Shown here: positions 1 to 12,186 of the stretch, one piece after another
How positions within the stretch are numbered: position 1 is the first letter of the stretch
Layout of the letters: every line of letters starts with the position of its first letter
Assembly (NCBI GenBank): GCA_964187785.1
Contig: OZ076409.1
Coordinates: forward strand, 32,986,001 to 33,050,000
Direction: 5' to 3'
From: Amphiscolops sp. MND2022
Taxonomy: Eukaryota
DNA: 64,000 nt
Made by a program: the position numbers and the translations under genes
The notes under the pieces: model-generated
Told to the model about the DNA's origin: nothing
What the model saw: only the letters and a program-made list of their open reading frames with translations
Database searches by the model: none

Positions 1-1270
1 GGTCATTGGTAGTCTGGGTCATCGATAATTGCATGTCTGTTGAAAAGTTCTTCTCAGGTTCTCTTACAGCATGTTCAAGATCCCAGTTGTTGTCTTCTTG
101 AGCTACGATTTTTGGACATGTCCCATCTTGACATTATGCACGCTTTTCACCCCGACATAGCGTCCCCAATTTTTTGCGGGGACTTCCAGGATGGACGGGT
201 GTAGGTCTGTTTTGGAGTCGATCTCGCGTTCTTCCATCGGCATTGGGGCGTATTGTTCGAGGCCCGTTGGGGCTGACGATGGTCCGGGCATAGTATGTTG
301 TTGGGCCGGTGTTGGTCGATCCATTTCACAAAAGGAGTGTGGAAGCCTCCGCTGAGTTGGGGACCGATTTTCTGTCGTAGGTCACCTTGTTCTCGGCCTC
401 GAATATTTTGTAATCTTTCTTCGGTTACTCCTCTTTCGTTTTTCAGAAAGTTCGGTTCGTGGTATTTTTCCACTTTCCGCAATGAATACCGGGCTTCACA
501 ATTTCCTTCCATCTTTGGATCATTTCTGTAGTTTCTACAGATGAATCCACAGCTGCGAGACTGTCAATTGTTTTAGCATCCATTTTATGATTGGTTCTTT
601 TTCATGATTTGCAATTTTGAAGAGTTGCGTGTGAATGTTGTGTTGTTAAGGCAATCAATTGCGGCTTTGACGGTTTGCTTGCGCGCGCCTTGTGACCGTG
701 GTTTGTTGTTTGCTTTGCGTTCGTTTTTGTCCTTTGTCCGTTTCGCTCTCTGATTGGTTGACGTGGTTGCTAAGGCAACAGTGTTTGGAAATGAACTTGT
801 AATGCGGTAACATGTTGTTGATGACATATTCTTCTTCGTACGCATCGTCCGTTTGCGACGGCAATGACGGATTCCTGATCAATACGTGAAGGCTAAATGT
901 TTGGCTGCGATATGGTTTACATCAATAATGAAATGTGCTAATCGGTCCAGCCATCTTGTTAGCCGTGCGCTATATTATTTATTAGATCGGTTTCTTTTAA
1001 TATCTGGTTCTAAAGCGTGATTGTCCGAGAGTAGTTTAATCGGTTTACCGTTCAGCTTGCGAAACCGATTGGTTTTACTGATTGTTGCACCGAGGCCTTT
1101 CATACTGGCGTCAGTTGTTGTCACGTTCAGCTTATTTGAATTGTGGTGAGCCAGTCACGGTATCTCCGTCATCTCCTGTATGAGATTATCAAATGCTTGT
1201 GTATGTTCTTCCGTCCATAGCCATTACTTGTCCTTCTTTAAGAGGTGCCTTGGGCTGTCCGTTTGTCGGA
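1..1270 (-). pseudogene. pol: Ty3/Gypsy pol fragment (RT connection, RNase H and downstream region), degenerate
   Basis: Minus-strand translation gives WLWTEEHTQAF, LAHHNSNKLNVTTTDASMKGLGA (RNase H TDAS motif) and KIYSARLTRWLDRLAHF, with stops and frameshifts. It runs off the window edge. Confidence 0.75.
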
Positions 1271-1378
1271 TTTGTAATGAATCTAATCCGGAGTGTAAAA
1301 TCTTTTTTGCACAAACGGATCCTTTTTAGTAAAAGCTAAAACTCTTACCGAAGGAGCTGCGCTTGCAAAGCGTGCAAA

Positions 1379-2322
1379 CTAACTGAAGGAGCTTGTATTA
1401 CCTAAAGTGCTCTGCAAGTTTTGATGTTGATTTGTTGTAATGCATTCATATTCCAAGAGCTTATTTGTAATTGCCACAATTTGTTCACTAAGCATAGGAT
1501 TATCATTACCTCCTACTTTTTCAAAATAAAGTGTTTTTAATTGATCTACAAGCTCATCTGGATCTGATGGTAGGGAAACAAACAGTTTTAATCTACTTCC
1601 TACTTGGGGTTGAAGTAAGTGTTTAATGAAATTATGTCTATTTGATTTTTTATCTCCATAGTTTAAATCGTAATTCATATCACGTAAAAGATTATATTTC
1701 ATACCTATGTTTTTAGTGATATCGTGTTGTGTATTAGTTATGAAATTTGAAAGATCCGGATCATTTAATTTATACATGTTGTTATTGCTTACGGAAGTTA
1801 GTGTTGAACCTTTAATTAGTACTTGTTGGGGATTATGGGGGTTAATTATGAATAAATTTGGATTACCTTCACCAAATTTAGTAACAGGTTCTAAACTAAA
1901 TTGACTTTTTTTATCATTAAGCAAATTAGAAACTGTCTTAACGATACTAGAATCAACTTGGTTGGAATTAACAAGACTCGCAAGAAGCTGAACATTACGA
2001 TTCTTAATTTCATCATAATCTTGTAGTTCCTGTTTGATGGACTTTTGTAAATTTTTCTAAAATCATCGCTGGATTGTTGTATTGCTCTTGTCTGATTTTC
2101 AATAGTTTGGGTCTGTTGGCCAATGGCTTATAATTGTTTTTCAGATAAATGTTTCTGGTTTTTAGTAGCTTCAGCCTGTTTTACAGTAACACGTTTAAAA
2201 TCTTCCTCCATGTCGTAATGAAAGTCTTGCCGCCCAAGTTTCTCTTTTAATCTTTCAGCTTTTGTTAAAGATTTTGATACTTCCAACTTTTCTAAATCAT
2301 CTCGATTATGAACTGAAATCAT
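1379..2322 (-). pseudogene. Conserved Polinton/adintovirus hypothetical protein (disrupted, ORFs 2128-2322 and 1379-1924)
   Basis: The C-terminal LPSDPDELVDQLKTL...GGNDNPMLSEQIVAITNKLLE matches the D-P-x-E-L-V-x-R-L...G-N...E-I-x-x-I motif typical of Polinton ORFs. The N-terminus is coiled-coil-like. Confidence 0.6.
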
Positions 2323-2356
2323 AATTTATTAATTATAATAATTTTGAATTTATATT

Positions 2357-2740
2357 TCAATAATGAATTTTACCCAGGTACAAGCCTTTTCCTTGATGAA
2401 CAATTTTTGTATTATCAGGGGCAGATGCAGCTATCATTCGAGGATTTTTACTTGCTGCTGCAGTTCCAAGATTAGTTGCGAGTTCTAGTGCTCTACCAGG
2501 ATTAATTAATATTTTCTTTCCAACAAGTTTTGCAGCTCTGCCAATCTGTTTAAAGAAGTCACCCAATCCTTCCGAGTGCACAGTTTGATCTCATACTATA
2601 AGGGTTTATTTCTTTTACAAGTTGAACAAGTACCACCTAATAATTTTACGGGTAATCCTGTTTTCTTTGTTTTGAGTAATATCTCCCCGAATATTTGTGG
2701 TAGCGGAGTAATGTTTTCCACCAACACAAAACGAATTATT
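2357..2740 (-). pseudogene. Polinton/adintovirus small membrane-active core-like protein (Cys-containing N-terminus plus amphipathic helix)
   Basis: Motifs GTCSTCKR, EGLGDFFKQIGRAAKLVGKKIL (amphipathic helix) and C-terminal GKGLYLG (adenain-type cleavage-like site). Confidence 0.5.
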
Positions 2741-2839
2741 TTTAAATTTACTAAAACTCAATTATTTAAAAGAAAAAATAATTTTTTTCTTCGCTTCGCA
2801 CAAACGTTTGGTTTGCACAGCGTTGCTGTGGGTTTATAT

Positions 2840-3905
2840 TAAATCTTAATGATTTGAATTGTAAAAGTTAATTAAAATCTATTGGGTTATGGTTACTATC
2901 CTCAAAGAAAAACTGGATCTAGTCTTACCTTGTTTTTTATACAAAATAATATTGGGTTTTTTTAATAATTTTATATCCTGGAGGAGCACTAAAATTAAAA
3001 CTAAACAAGATTTGTTCTCTAATCCCACTAACAAATGAACCAACTACGCAGTCGCACTTCAGATGAATTTTGTCTGCACTCGAGACCATACTGGTTTTTT
3101 TTTGATATATGAGTTCCTGCTGGGTAGCCCTTGTTTGTAAATCCTAAAAGGATGTTAAGTTCAGAAACAAATTATATGAGGTTGTTAAAACTGATGTCAT
3201 TAATATTGTATCTGCTTCTATGTTGAACTTAAACTCATGATTACAAGAATTAAGAAGTTCTTGTTGGATGGCATTATTTATTTCGAATAATTCATATGCT
3301 GCTGGTGGTATTTCTATTGTATCTGCTTCTATGTTGAATAAAACTTCATGATTACAAGAATTAATAAGTTCTTGTTGGATGGCATTACTTAATTCGAATA
3401 ATTCATATGCTCCTGGTGGTAATTCTGTTTCCAAGCAATCAGATATAGATCCAACTTGATCAAGAACAATATTATTTGTTTATCTTTAATATTGTGAATA
3501 ATTTGATCAAATATTTTTTTTAAATCGTCAAAATAATTTTAGAAAGATTGATCTCTTCAAAACTAAAATCGTTTATGAGTTTTTTACTTTCTTCTATATT
3601 AGAGGTTTCATATAAATGTTTTGTCTTTGACATAAATTCAGTGGCAGCGTTATATTCCTTCAACATTTTTTCCGTAATAAAAAGTTTAAATTTGTTATTC
3701 TTTTCAGTAATGTTACATACAGTATTATATACTTCTAAACTTGTTACTCCCATCATCCATTGTTCAGGTAATTCCAAGGGAACGTCGAATGAAAAAGGTT
3801 CTTTCTGCTTATTCATTTTAAATTCTAAAGTTTCCTGAGGTTTAGAATGTGTGTTTTCAACAATATACTAATTAGATTTTGTAATACTCAACAAAAAATG
3901 TTCTT
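2840..3905 (-). pseudogene. Polinton minor capsid (penton-like) protein, frameshifted
   Basis: Motifs FSFDVPLEL..WMMGVTSLEVYN, LPPGAYE, DKIHLKCDCVVGS..SGIREQ, APPGYKII and NHNPIDFN...IQIIKI across frames. There is an internal ~111-bp (37-aa) tandem duplication at ~3207-3430. Confidence 0.65.
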
Positions 3906-4262
3906 TTTATTATAAACTACAAAATTTGATAGATCTATTTATTAGGAAAAACAAATCTTTTTTTCTAAGCTTTGCTCATAAATTAATATGTTTGAATCCA
4001 CTTGCAGATATGTTTTTTTTATAAATTCTTGGTTTTGTTTTGATAGTGCTTTCTTAGTAGCTTTCGCCTGTTTACCGAATGCGCTTTGCGTACAGAAGGT
4101 GCTTTGCATAGCGAAGGTGCTTTGCAAACCGAAGGCGCTTTGCGTGTTTGAATTTCGACTTGGATTTTTAGGACACACAATTTTAAATTGAGCTGAATAT
4201 TTTTCAGCTTTTTTCATTCCTTAAGTTTAAAAGTCTGATAGTATTAATTTGAAACTGCATTT

Positions 4263-4835
4263 TTAAAGCCTATAACTTGTGTAAGATATAATACATACAA
4301 ACAATATGCTGCACAAAACTGTCGTCCTTCTGAATTCGATATTCTGAATAAACAACTCCATTGATTTGTTTTGTTTTATTTTTGTTATACTTACTGGTGG
4401 TGGGCATCCATAAGAATCAAAATAAACCTCGTCAACAAACATAACCCAGTGTGTTCCTTTAGTTGGATGTAAGTTATCTATATCTGATGTGGTAGTAAAT
4501 TGANNNNNNNNNNNNNNNNNNNNNNNNNNNNNNNNNNNNNNNNNNNNNNNNNNNNNNNNNNNNNNNNNNNNNNNNNNNNNNNNNNNNNNNNNNNNNNNNN
4601 NNNNNNNNNNNNNNNNNNNNNNNNNNNNNNNNNNNNNNNNNNNNNNNNNNNNNNNNNNNNNNNNNNNNNNNNNNNNNNNNNNNNNNNNNNNNNNNNNNNN
4701 NNNCCCGGTTGAGTTTAATTTGAGTATACCGAAGGCGCTTAGCGTGTCTAGGATTTCTTTTATTTTCAAATTAGAAGTTGTATCATTTTTCATTCTATAT
4801 TTATCAACAAATTCTTTAAATGACGAATAATTCAT
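4263..4835 (-). pseudogene. Adenain-like cysteine protease (Polinton PRO), interrupted by an assembly gap
   Basis: NLHPTKGTHWVMF...YFDSYGCPPP matches the adenoviral-protease GxHW and YFDSxG motifs. Confidence 0.8.
4504..4703. other. Assembly gap (200 N)
   Basis: Run of N. Confidence 1.
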
Positions 4836-5239
4836 TTATTAGTTATTTTTTCCAACACTTGTACTGGAGACACCGGCGGCGCTTGACGTGCATTGCTAGC
4901 GGAACTCCTTCGGTGTGTCACCACTTGAATGTTGCTTTCATTCCAAAAACTTTTGCTTCACAAGTTTTCTCTAGAACTATACAGCAGAGCTGGCTTTGCA
5001 TACCGATTGTGTGATGGAGGTTAGTGATTTTTTCATTATGACAAAAGTTTCCACTGGAAAAATTTGTTATTTGATTTTTATTTTGTTAATTCTTCGGTTG
5101 CGAAAAACGCTATTTTTAGATGATTTATCTTGAAATAGTAGGTGAAAAATACCTATATTGGCTAGTAAAACGATTAAAAGTATGCATTTTCAAGGTAAAT
5201 AGTTTTGATGATTATAGTGTTCTATGTCGGTAATTTGCA

Positions 5240-5422
<183 letters not shown>

Positions 5423-5941
5423 AACTACAACTGGCGGTTTAACATTTGATACCTAGAGCGAAATTCAGAGCTTCATTTCCAATTATAGTTGATCAAGTGG
5501 CTGGAGCTCTGATGTAGTAGCTTCTTTTGCTGAGATGATTTTGGGAAAAATAATTTTTTCAAAGTCAAAAATGAGCTAATATCTGACCTCGCGTATTTCG
5601 CTATTTTTTAGTCGTTGCCTTTTCCCTTATTTTGTTTTGTTTTGGCAACAGCATTTGATTTGAATTTGCATTTCTTTGAAAACGTACAATGATACTGGTA
5701 TCCACAGAGTTTAACAACAAAACATTATGGAACTTAGCGTGTTCTTGATTTAAGTACGTTTGCTTTCAAATTGCGATAAGATGATCGAAAAATGTCAGTT
5801 TTTTATATTTTCAAAATTCGCATTTTCATAGTTTACTGGCTACACTCCAGCCTTGAAATTACGTCGCTGCTAGAACATTATGGGCGGAACGTCTCCCGTT
5901 GGTGAGCCGGCGTCTTGTGAATTGGGTTCGAACTCTTACAA

Positions 5942-8647
5942 TGTAACGTCAACCAGTTGGCACCAAAAATTTCATGAAAAGTCAAAAGGAGTGCGATTCA
6001 AAATGGCCGACCTGGCAGATCCCTGAAAACAAAAAAGACGCAAGAAGACCGCAAAATAATTTCCCCTGAACCCGTGAGAGCACAAAAAAGACAGACACAG
6101 AAACCAGAAAAGCTGAAGAGTGACTAGAAAACGTAGTGTTGTGCCGTCTAACCCCAAGAAATGTCTGAAAAGACTCAGAAGAAAGAAACAACCTTTCGCC
6201 CGGAAGACCTAGTGGACTTTGTGAGAAAGCTGGAATTACTGATTTTGATCATTTTTGTTTCGTTTTGAAGGTTATTTAGCAGACTTGTGATAGTATCGGA
6301 TCTACTAGATCCTAATTTTGTCATTTTAGATACTATTCGTCTAATAGAATGAGCTTTTGCTAGAAACCTGTTTTCGGACCTCGGGAGTATCACACGTCTT
6401 TTGTCAGTCTACGTGCCAGTGAGAGCCCACGCGACCTCCTTAGTATACTCGGAACCCCTCGCATATCCTGCTGAATCTCTTTGATTTGTGCTTAACCGAC
6501 CCTAAGATCTTGGGTCTCAAAGAAAACCGTCTACGAGACTAAATCGAAATTCGTCTCCTGGCTGCCACCAAAGTCACCTGAGTGCAAATTATTCGTTGTG
6601 AACAAGCATGCTTGGTGCCCTAAGTACCCTGTGGGTCCTAGAGCTCGTTTATAGGCACTTTTAGAGGTTCAGACTCTCAAAACAACAATTACAGTAGTGA
6701 CTACCTCAGTTGAAAAAGAACGCCTTTACTATCGTAAGGCAAGAAATCACTTCGAATTCAGTGTCCTTCCTCCTAATCACCTCCAAGGCCTATTGCCAGT
6801 CCTTGAAAACACTTACGTCCTTACTTGTGCTCTCCAGAAACAGGGCAGCACGAGTGACAAACAGACTTTTCACACAATCTAGCAACTGTAGCCAAGCAGG
6901 CTTCTCAAAAAATCAGTGTTCATTGTTCGATTCATGCCTAAAGTGTACCTGGGTTCTCGGTACCGAAGTTGTGGGAACCATATTGATGTGAAAACACCGG
7001 ACAAGTGATTGGCGTGGGGAGTATCTGTACTCTTCTGAGAGAAATCAACACCAAGCATGATAAAACAGCTGGAGCTTCGAAGCTCTGAGAACTGCTTGGC
7101 CAGCGTCCGTGCTTTTAAAACTCAAGTGATTGCTTTGGAACTTGTTTGAATGCAAAAGACTGTTTTCATGATCTATCATGCCTGAATTTGATTTTTATTG
7201 GATCTGCTCTATCATCGCTATCGACATAATCATCCTCTTGAGAAGCAGTTTAATTCCATCTCTTACATATACACTGGTGCCTATACAACCTAGACGATAC
7301 CTTTGTCTGAGCGTACACTGCTAACATAATAAACTGATTGGGTCCTCACGTTTGGTGATTTTCTTGAATTTTTGAGCTCTGTTTTCCCATTGGTGCTATT
7401 TATTGTGCAGTGTCTGTTGGCCATGAACTACGACACTTTCGCAAGACCACAGCTGTTACTTTTATTTATCGCTTTTCAAGTGCAATCGTGCATTTTGTAA
7501 AACCTAATCTATCAGGTGGGCTCCCTTTTATATTTATACAGATTCGGTAACAAAAAGTGCTAGTAATTTTGGTGCGAAATAAAAAGTTTGAAAACGTTTT
7601 CAATGCAATGCTAAGTGTCTAAAGTTGCTAATACTTCCAGTGCAAGAACCCATTGTAGGCGTGGAATCCGAGGAAGCCTGTTAGACTGGCAAAAACTCAT
7701 GTTTTTGGGCAGTAACATGTTTTTGGGCAGTAACAAGTTTTTGGGCAGCTACTTTTGTTCGAGTTTCTGAAATGGCATATTGCTGAAACAGTACCCTGGA
7801 TGATGACAACCAAGACGTCAACGTTCACTCTCGTTTGTCGAGGACGACAAACTACGGCCCGGGTTCGATGTAACTTCAGGCAGTCGATGTTACAAAATTT
7901 GGCTGAAAACTTCGAAATGTGGGATATCAAATAAGCACATTCAAGATGGCCGACCGGGCAGGTACGAAAAATGTAGAAGAACCAAAAAAGTGTAAAAACA
8001 GATCACCCCCAGTCCCCGACACCCGAAGGCACCCGGGAGACGCTGAAAAGAGAGCGAAACCTAGTGTGGTGCCATAGCATCCAGGGAAATGTCGGAAGAG
8101 ACCCTCCAGAATCAAGGTGCAACCTCTCAGTGGATTTTTGCAAGAACTGCGGAATCTTGTCGAAGATGCCCGAGGAACTCTTAGTAGTTATTTTCATTGT
8201 TATTAATGTTTTTAGCGAATTCGTGATGAAATTGGGTCTATCAGATCCCAATTTTGCTGATTTTAGATCTAATTCTGCAAATATAATGCACTTTTGCTGA
8301 ATCCTCTTTTTGGACCTCGGAGGTATGTAGAGGTCGCGGGAACACGTGAGGAACCTTAGGATTCGTTTTTACAGACTTGTGGGACGTGTTCGGACTTTGA
8401 GAGTGCCGGCGCGTCGCCTCGGAGCTGTAACGGAGGAGCCTCCCTTGACGTCAGATTAGTCCCCATGGGAGACCATTTTGGGAGAAAAACTAGTGCCTAG
8501 GGCTGTAGTAAGACAACAGTCTCCTGTTTAAGCACCCTGGGCACTGTCCCACTTCCTTGATGTGCGCTGCCAGCCGACGTTACACCTGTTTAAGCACCCT
8601 CTGCATTATCCCACTTCTATGATGTACGCTGCTAGCTGGACGTTACC
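5942..8647 (+). mobile_element. Non-coding LTR retrotransposon deletion derivative of the B/C Gypsy family (partial 5' LTR ~5942-6385, internal remnant, 3' LTR ~7869-8647)
   Basis: Starts TGTAACGTCAACCAGTT (reverse complement of the LTR end at 46030/51057) and ends GCTAGCTGGACGTTAC. It contains the leader motif AACCGACCCTAAGATCTTGGGTC (~6494) and the pre-LTR motif GAGGACGACAAACTACGGCCCGG (~7840) shared with element C. Flanks ACAA/CCAA are at best a degraded TSD. Confidence 0.7.
7698..7751 (+). repeat. 18-bp tandem repeat x3 (CATGTTTTTGGGCAGTAA)
   Basis: Read directly. Confidence 0.85.
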
Positions 8648-8701
8648 CCAATAAATACAGATTACCAAGTGGCTGTAAGTAGCCCAATAGAAAAATGCTT
8701 C

Positions 8702-10441
8702 TGTCATGAACATTATGACTAGGTAAATCACCATTTCGGTGGCCTTCGTCTTGTTCATTTCTCGGATTGTTCCTTGTATTTAAATTCCGCTGAACTTCAG
8801 GATTCGTTTCCGGTCTCTTAGCCGGAACGTCCTGTCTTTTTCTAGTCACACGTCCTGATCCCGCCAAACTGACATTTTGAATCTGGGGTAATACCTGATT
8901 ACTTATAGCGTCATTTATGGCTCTTTGGATCTGAATACTGACTGAAATCATCATCTCATCCATTTCTCTAGATATTCGAGAGTTCAGTTCACTTGACAAT
9001 TTATTCATCTCAGCCTGAGAACACATATCAGCTGAATCGGCATTTGTCCTGACATTAGAATTTATTTGATTGGAATATGAGCTTTCACCTTCATTTTCTA
9101 GATTGTTGCTCGCAACATATTCATGTCTTCTGATAGAAGTGCTATCTAAGCTTTCATTCCTTTCAGTCCCATTGAAATGGTTTCACCTAACATAATGTCA
9201 CGATTTTCAATGTCTGAGCGGATTTCTAAACCTCTTGATTTCCTTGCTCTCTTCTGGTTCCTGGTAGTAGGCATCAAGAAAAAACCGGATTAAATATTCA
9301 ATTATTTAGGACCGGAAAACTAACAGAGTAATTGTTTTTAAAAGCGTCTTCACTAGATCGAGTAAAAAGGAAATAGTGGCCCTCCTTGGCAAGATATCTC
9401 AATATATACTCCCAGGAGAGTGACACTCACATTTTTTTCATTCACTAGTTAAGAAATGAAATCACATGATACACGACTTCTAAGGAATTATCCCGATATC
9501 TACATGTTTCGGGAGTTTCAATCAACAACCTTCGAAAGGTATTTAATCAGACTAATTACATCGAACAATTCATCAGTGAAAGTATTATCGCGGAAGTGTC
9601 AACAAATACCACTAGTCACAATCTTCACAACCGAACGTGGTGAAGGCACGTGCCGACACACGCTTATTGCTAAGAGCATCAAGAAATAAAGAAATAAAAT
9701 ACACTGATACATGTAGAGGTTTAATACAAACCAATTTCTAATATTGGCATCTATATAGTACATTTTCATATTATGGCCGGAATTGTCCAAAACCATAAAG
9801 TGGAACAATACAACAAAGGGATTTGGGGAAATGGCCTTAATTGTCCATTACTCTTGATCAGGTTTGTTTGGTCATTAGTACAGCACACAAGCATCTATTT
9901 AGTGTAATCGCACAAACATATCAACACCGGTTAAATACAGGCTTATTAAGCGCCAAAACGTCATAATGCACAAATTAGCCGGGAACGGCCATTTGACCAA
10001 GGTATCAACAAAGGCAAGTTAAATTAGGTCATAAGGCCCTATTCGGCCAGAACTGAATAAAAGCACCAAGACAATAAATGAAGCGATCTGATTGGTTATT
10101 AACTGCACCGCGAGCTTTAACGCCGAGAAAGGACGTTTCCGCATTTGAACACCATTCCTTCTCGCAATTGAATTGTTTACTGCCTTTCATTTCAATTTGT
10201 GTCTCCATTTTACATCTTTACAAGTTTCATCAACAATCTGATTTGGATATTCCCAAATCGTAATTTTTAACAGACTAATAAGATAATTAGCAACGTATGA
10301 GATAAGATGCTGGTAGGTAAATTAAACGCAATTGTCAAATGTGAGTTTCAAAATTCAAAGGTTAACAGTCTAAAACATAGGCAATGTACCAGGCATAATT
10401 TCCTGACCTGTAGCTGATGTGGTTATCGTCGTGCCGTCACA
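8702..10441 (-). repeat. Element A 3' LTR (lacks the first 17 nt of the 5' LTR)
   Basis: Colinear with 23170-24914, roughly 90% identical by eye. Confidence 0.9.
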
Positions 10442-11160
10442 CTGCGGGTTTTATAAAAAGGAACGCGCCAGCATTTAATCCATTTTCGTAAGCTTCTCTT
10501 CTCATTCTGGTTATGTATTTGGGTTCTCCTCTGGGTTTTGATCTTGTCACATACCAGTCTACTTTCTCCCTTTTGGTTGCGTCTGCTGATCGCCCACAGA
10601 CCATACATCCTGAGTAAAGCACCTCGCTGACGTTTTCATAGGCCCTCGTATTTTGGAAGTGGTAAGATGCGTGAAAGTCTCCAATGACCGGCTGAACTAA
10701 TGGAGTGTCCAGACTGGGCCCTCTTTCATGCTCCGGTGGTGACATCGGTGACTCCGGCACGAGCAGGATGGTATTGCAGAGTTTTAATCGAGACTTTCCC
10801 GGTTTCTTTGGCGGAGCGTAGCACATCTCTCTGTCAAAGTATTTTTGTTCTAGTTTTGGTGTCAAATCTGCTTGCATTTGGGACGAATTCGGCTCTGCTT
10901 CCGATCCGCCTTCTTCGGGATCGTCCATCGTCATGATACGGCCGCCGATCAAAATGGGGCTAGAGGTAACATCCGTCTCAATGCGGGCTATTAACTGCTC
11001 TGTGTCCGTTGAGCAGTCGTATTCCCAATCTCTTGCAGATTCGTCTTCGCTGCTAGATATATAAATCACTGATCTGTCAGATTCGCCGGAGTCTGATTCT
11101 TCTAAGTCGAACAGTTTTCTAGCGAGATTAAATTTGCTCTTTATGAGTTTTTTAGCTATT
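10437..11160 (-). CDS. Element A accessory sense ORF of unknown function (acidic N-terminus, CxxC), running into the 3' LTR
   Basis: Open for 210+ aa (10437-11069, extendable to ~11160), with SSSEDESARDWEYD and GCMVCG. The stop falls in the first bases of the LTR. Confidence 0.6.
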
Positions 11161-12186
11161 TTTGAAGCCAGCAGAGGAAACTGGTCAGTAACAAGATTTG
11201 AGGTAGAATGAATTTATCAAACTAAAGAATTTAGCTTAGTCGGGCCTTACCCCGGCAATCCGTTTTTGGCGGTCGAGTCTTCGGTAAGACATCCCAATCC
11301 GACATAAACAATCCTGAATGGAATTCCTTAATTAGTCGGCAGTCTTTGATAATTTGATGTTTACCCCTCATCAATATCATCACTAGAAGAGGTGTGAATG
11401 ACGCTCGAGTTGCTAATATCAACTTCACCTATTTAAGTGGGTAATTAACGGGCCGCTTGAAGGTAATTAACGGCACGCGTCACCAAACCTTCTTAAAATG
11501 GCTTCAGCCAATCAGAATTGAGTTTTGATGAATCGAAAAATGAATATTAAAATGGCGTAAAATAATAATTCTAAATACTTCAAAATGGCAAAAATTTTAG
11601 CTAAGGATAACAGGGATAACGGAACAAAACGGTAAAGCGAAACAAGGCAAACGGCTATAGACGGCCACTAACTAAATAAGCTGTAAATGATGAAGGAATC
11701 CTCGTACATTTCGCTGGCAGACTCCATGTACAGTTTTAAACATGTAGATTATCATATAATATTAGTCTGGTCATCTTCTTCAGCCACGAACTCCAACTTT
11801 CAATTCTATTATAATTTATTCCTTTCCAATTCCATTTATTCTCCTTTTGCTTCATTTACTTGAATTCATCTGGTCAATACTCGTCCCTCTCCGTCTTCAA
11901 CTCTGTGGCTGACTCTTCCCTTTGGAGCACTCCGGATCTCCTCCTTCCAGCCGGACGAGGCCAGTTTCCTCATAACCAGACTTCTTCACCTGGACTATTT
12001 TTTTGGATTAGCCTTCTTCATCCAGAATGTCAAACTCAGGTTGGTTTGGTTTTTTATAATTTCTCTCAAACAAACTCAGTTTGATCAGGACTGAAATTTG
12101 TTCACAACTGCTTCCATCGTTGAACACGTTAACACACGTTTCTTTCAAATTTGAAAAGAGTTCCGGAAGATTTCTAACGCGGCAAA

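Larger units (their letters stand above)
1272..4990 (-). mobile_element. Polinton/Maverick (adintovirus-like) remnant, virion-morphogenesis gene block
   Basis: Abrupt shift to AT-rich DNA with co-oriented, tightly packed ORFs resembling adenain protease, minor capsid and conserved Polinton structural ORFs. Boundaries are approximate. Confidence 0.75.

Noticed and set aside
5880..5941. B-box-like GGTTCGAACTC suggesting a tRNA or SINE
   Set aside because: No cloverleaf or clear A box can be built.
8702..10441. Solo LTR interpretation (flanks CTTC/CTGC)
   Set aside because: The exact 5-bp GCTTC duplication at 8697-8701 and 24932-24936 and the continuous internal organisation favour it being the 3' LTR of element A.
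11602..11620. Near match to the I-SceI site (TAAGGATAACAGGGATAAC)
   Set aside because: It has mismatches and an insertion relative to TAGGGATAACAGGGTAAT, and there is no supporting context; a chance match.
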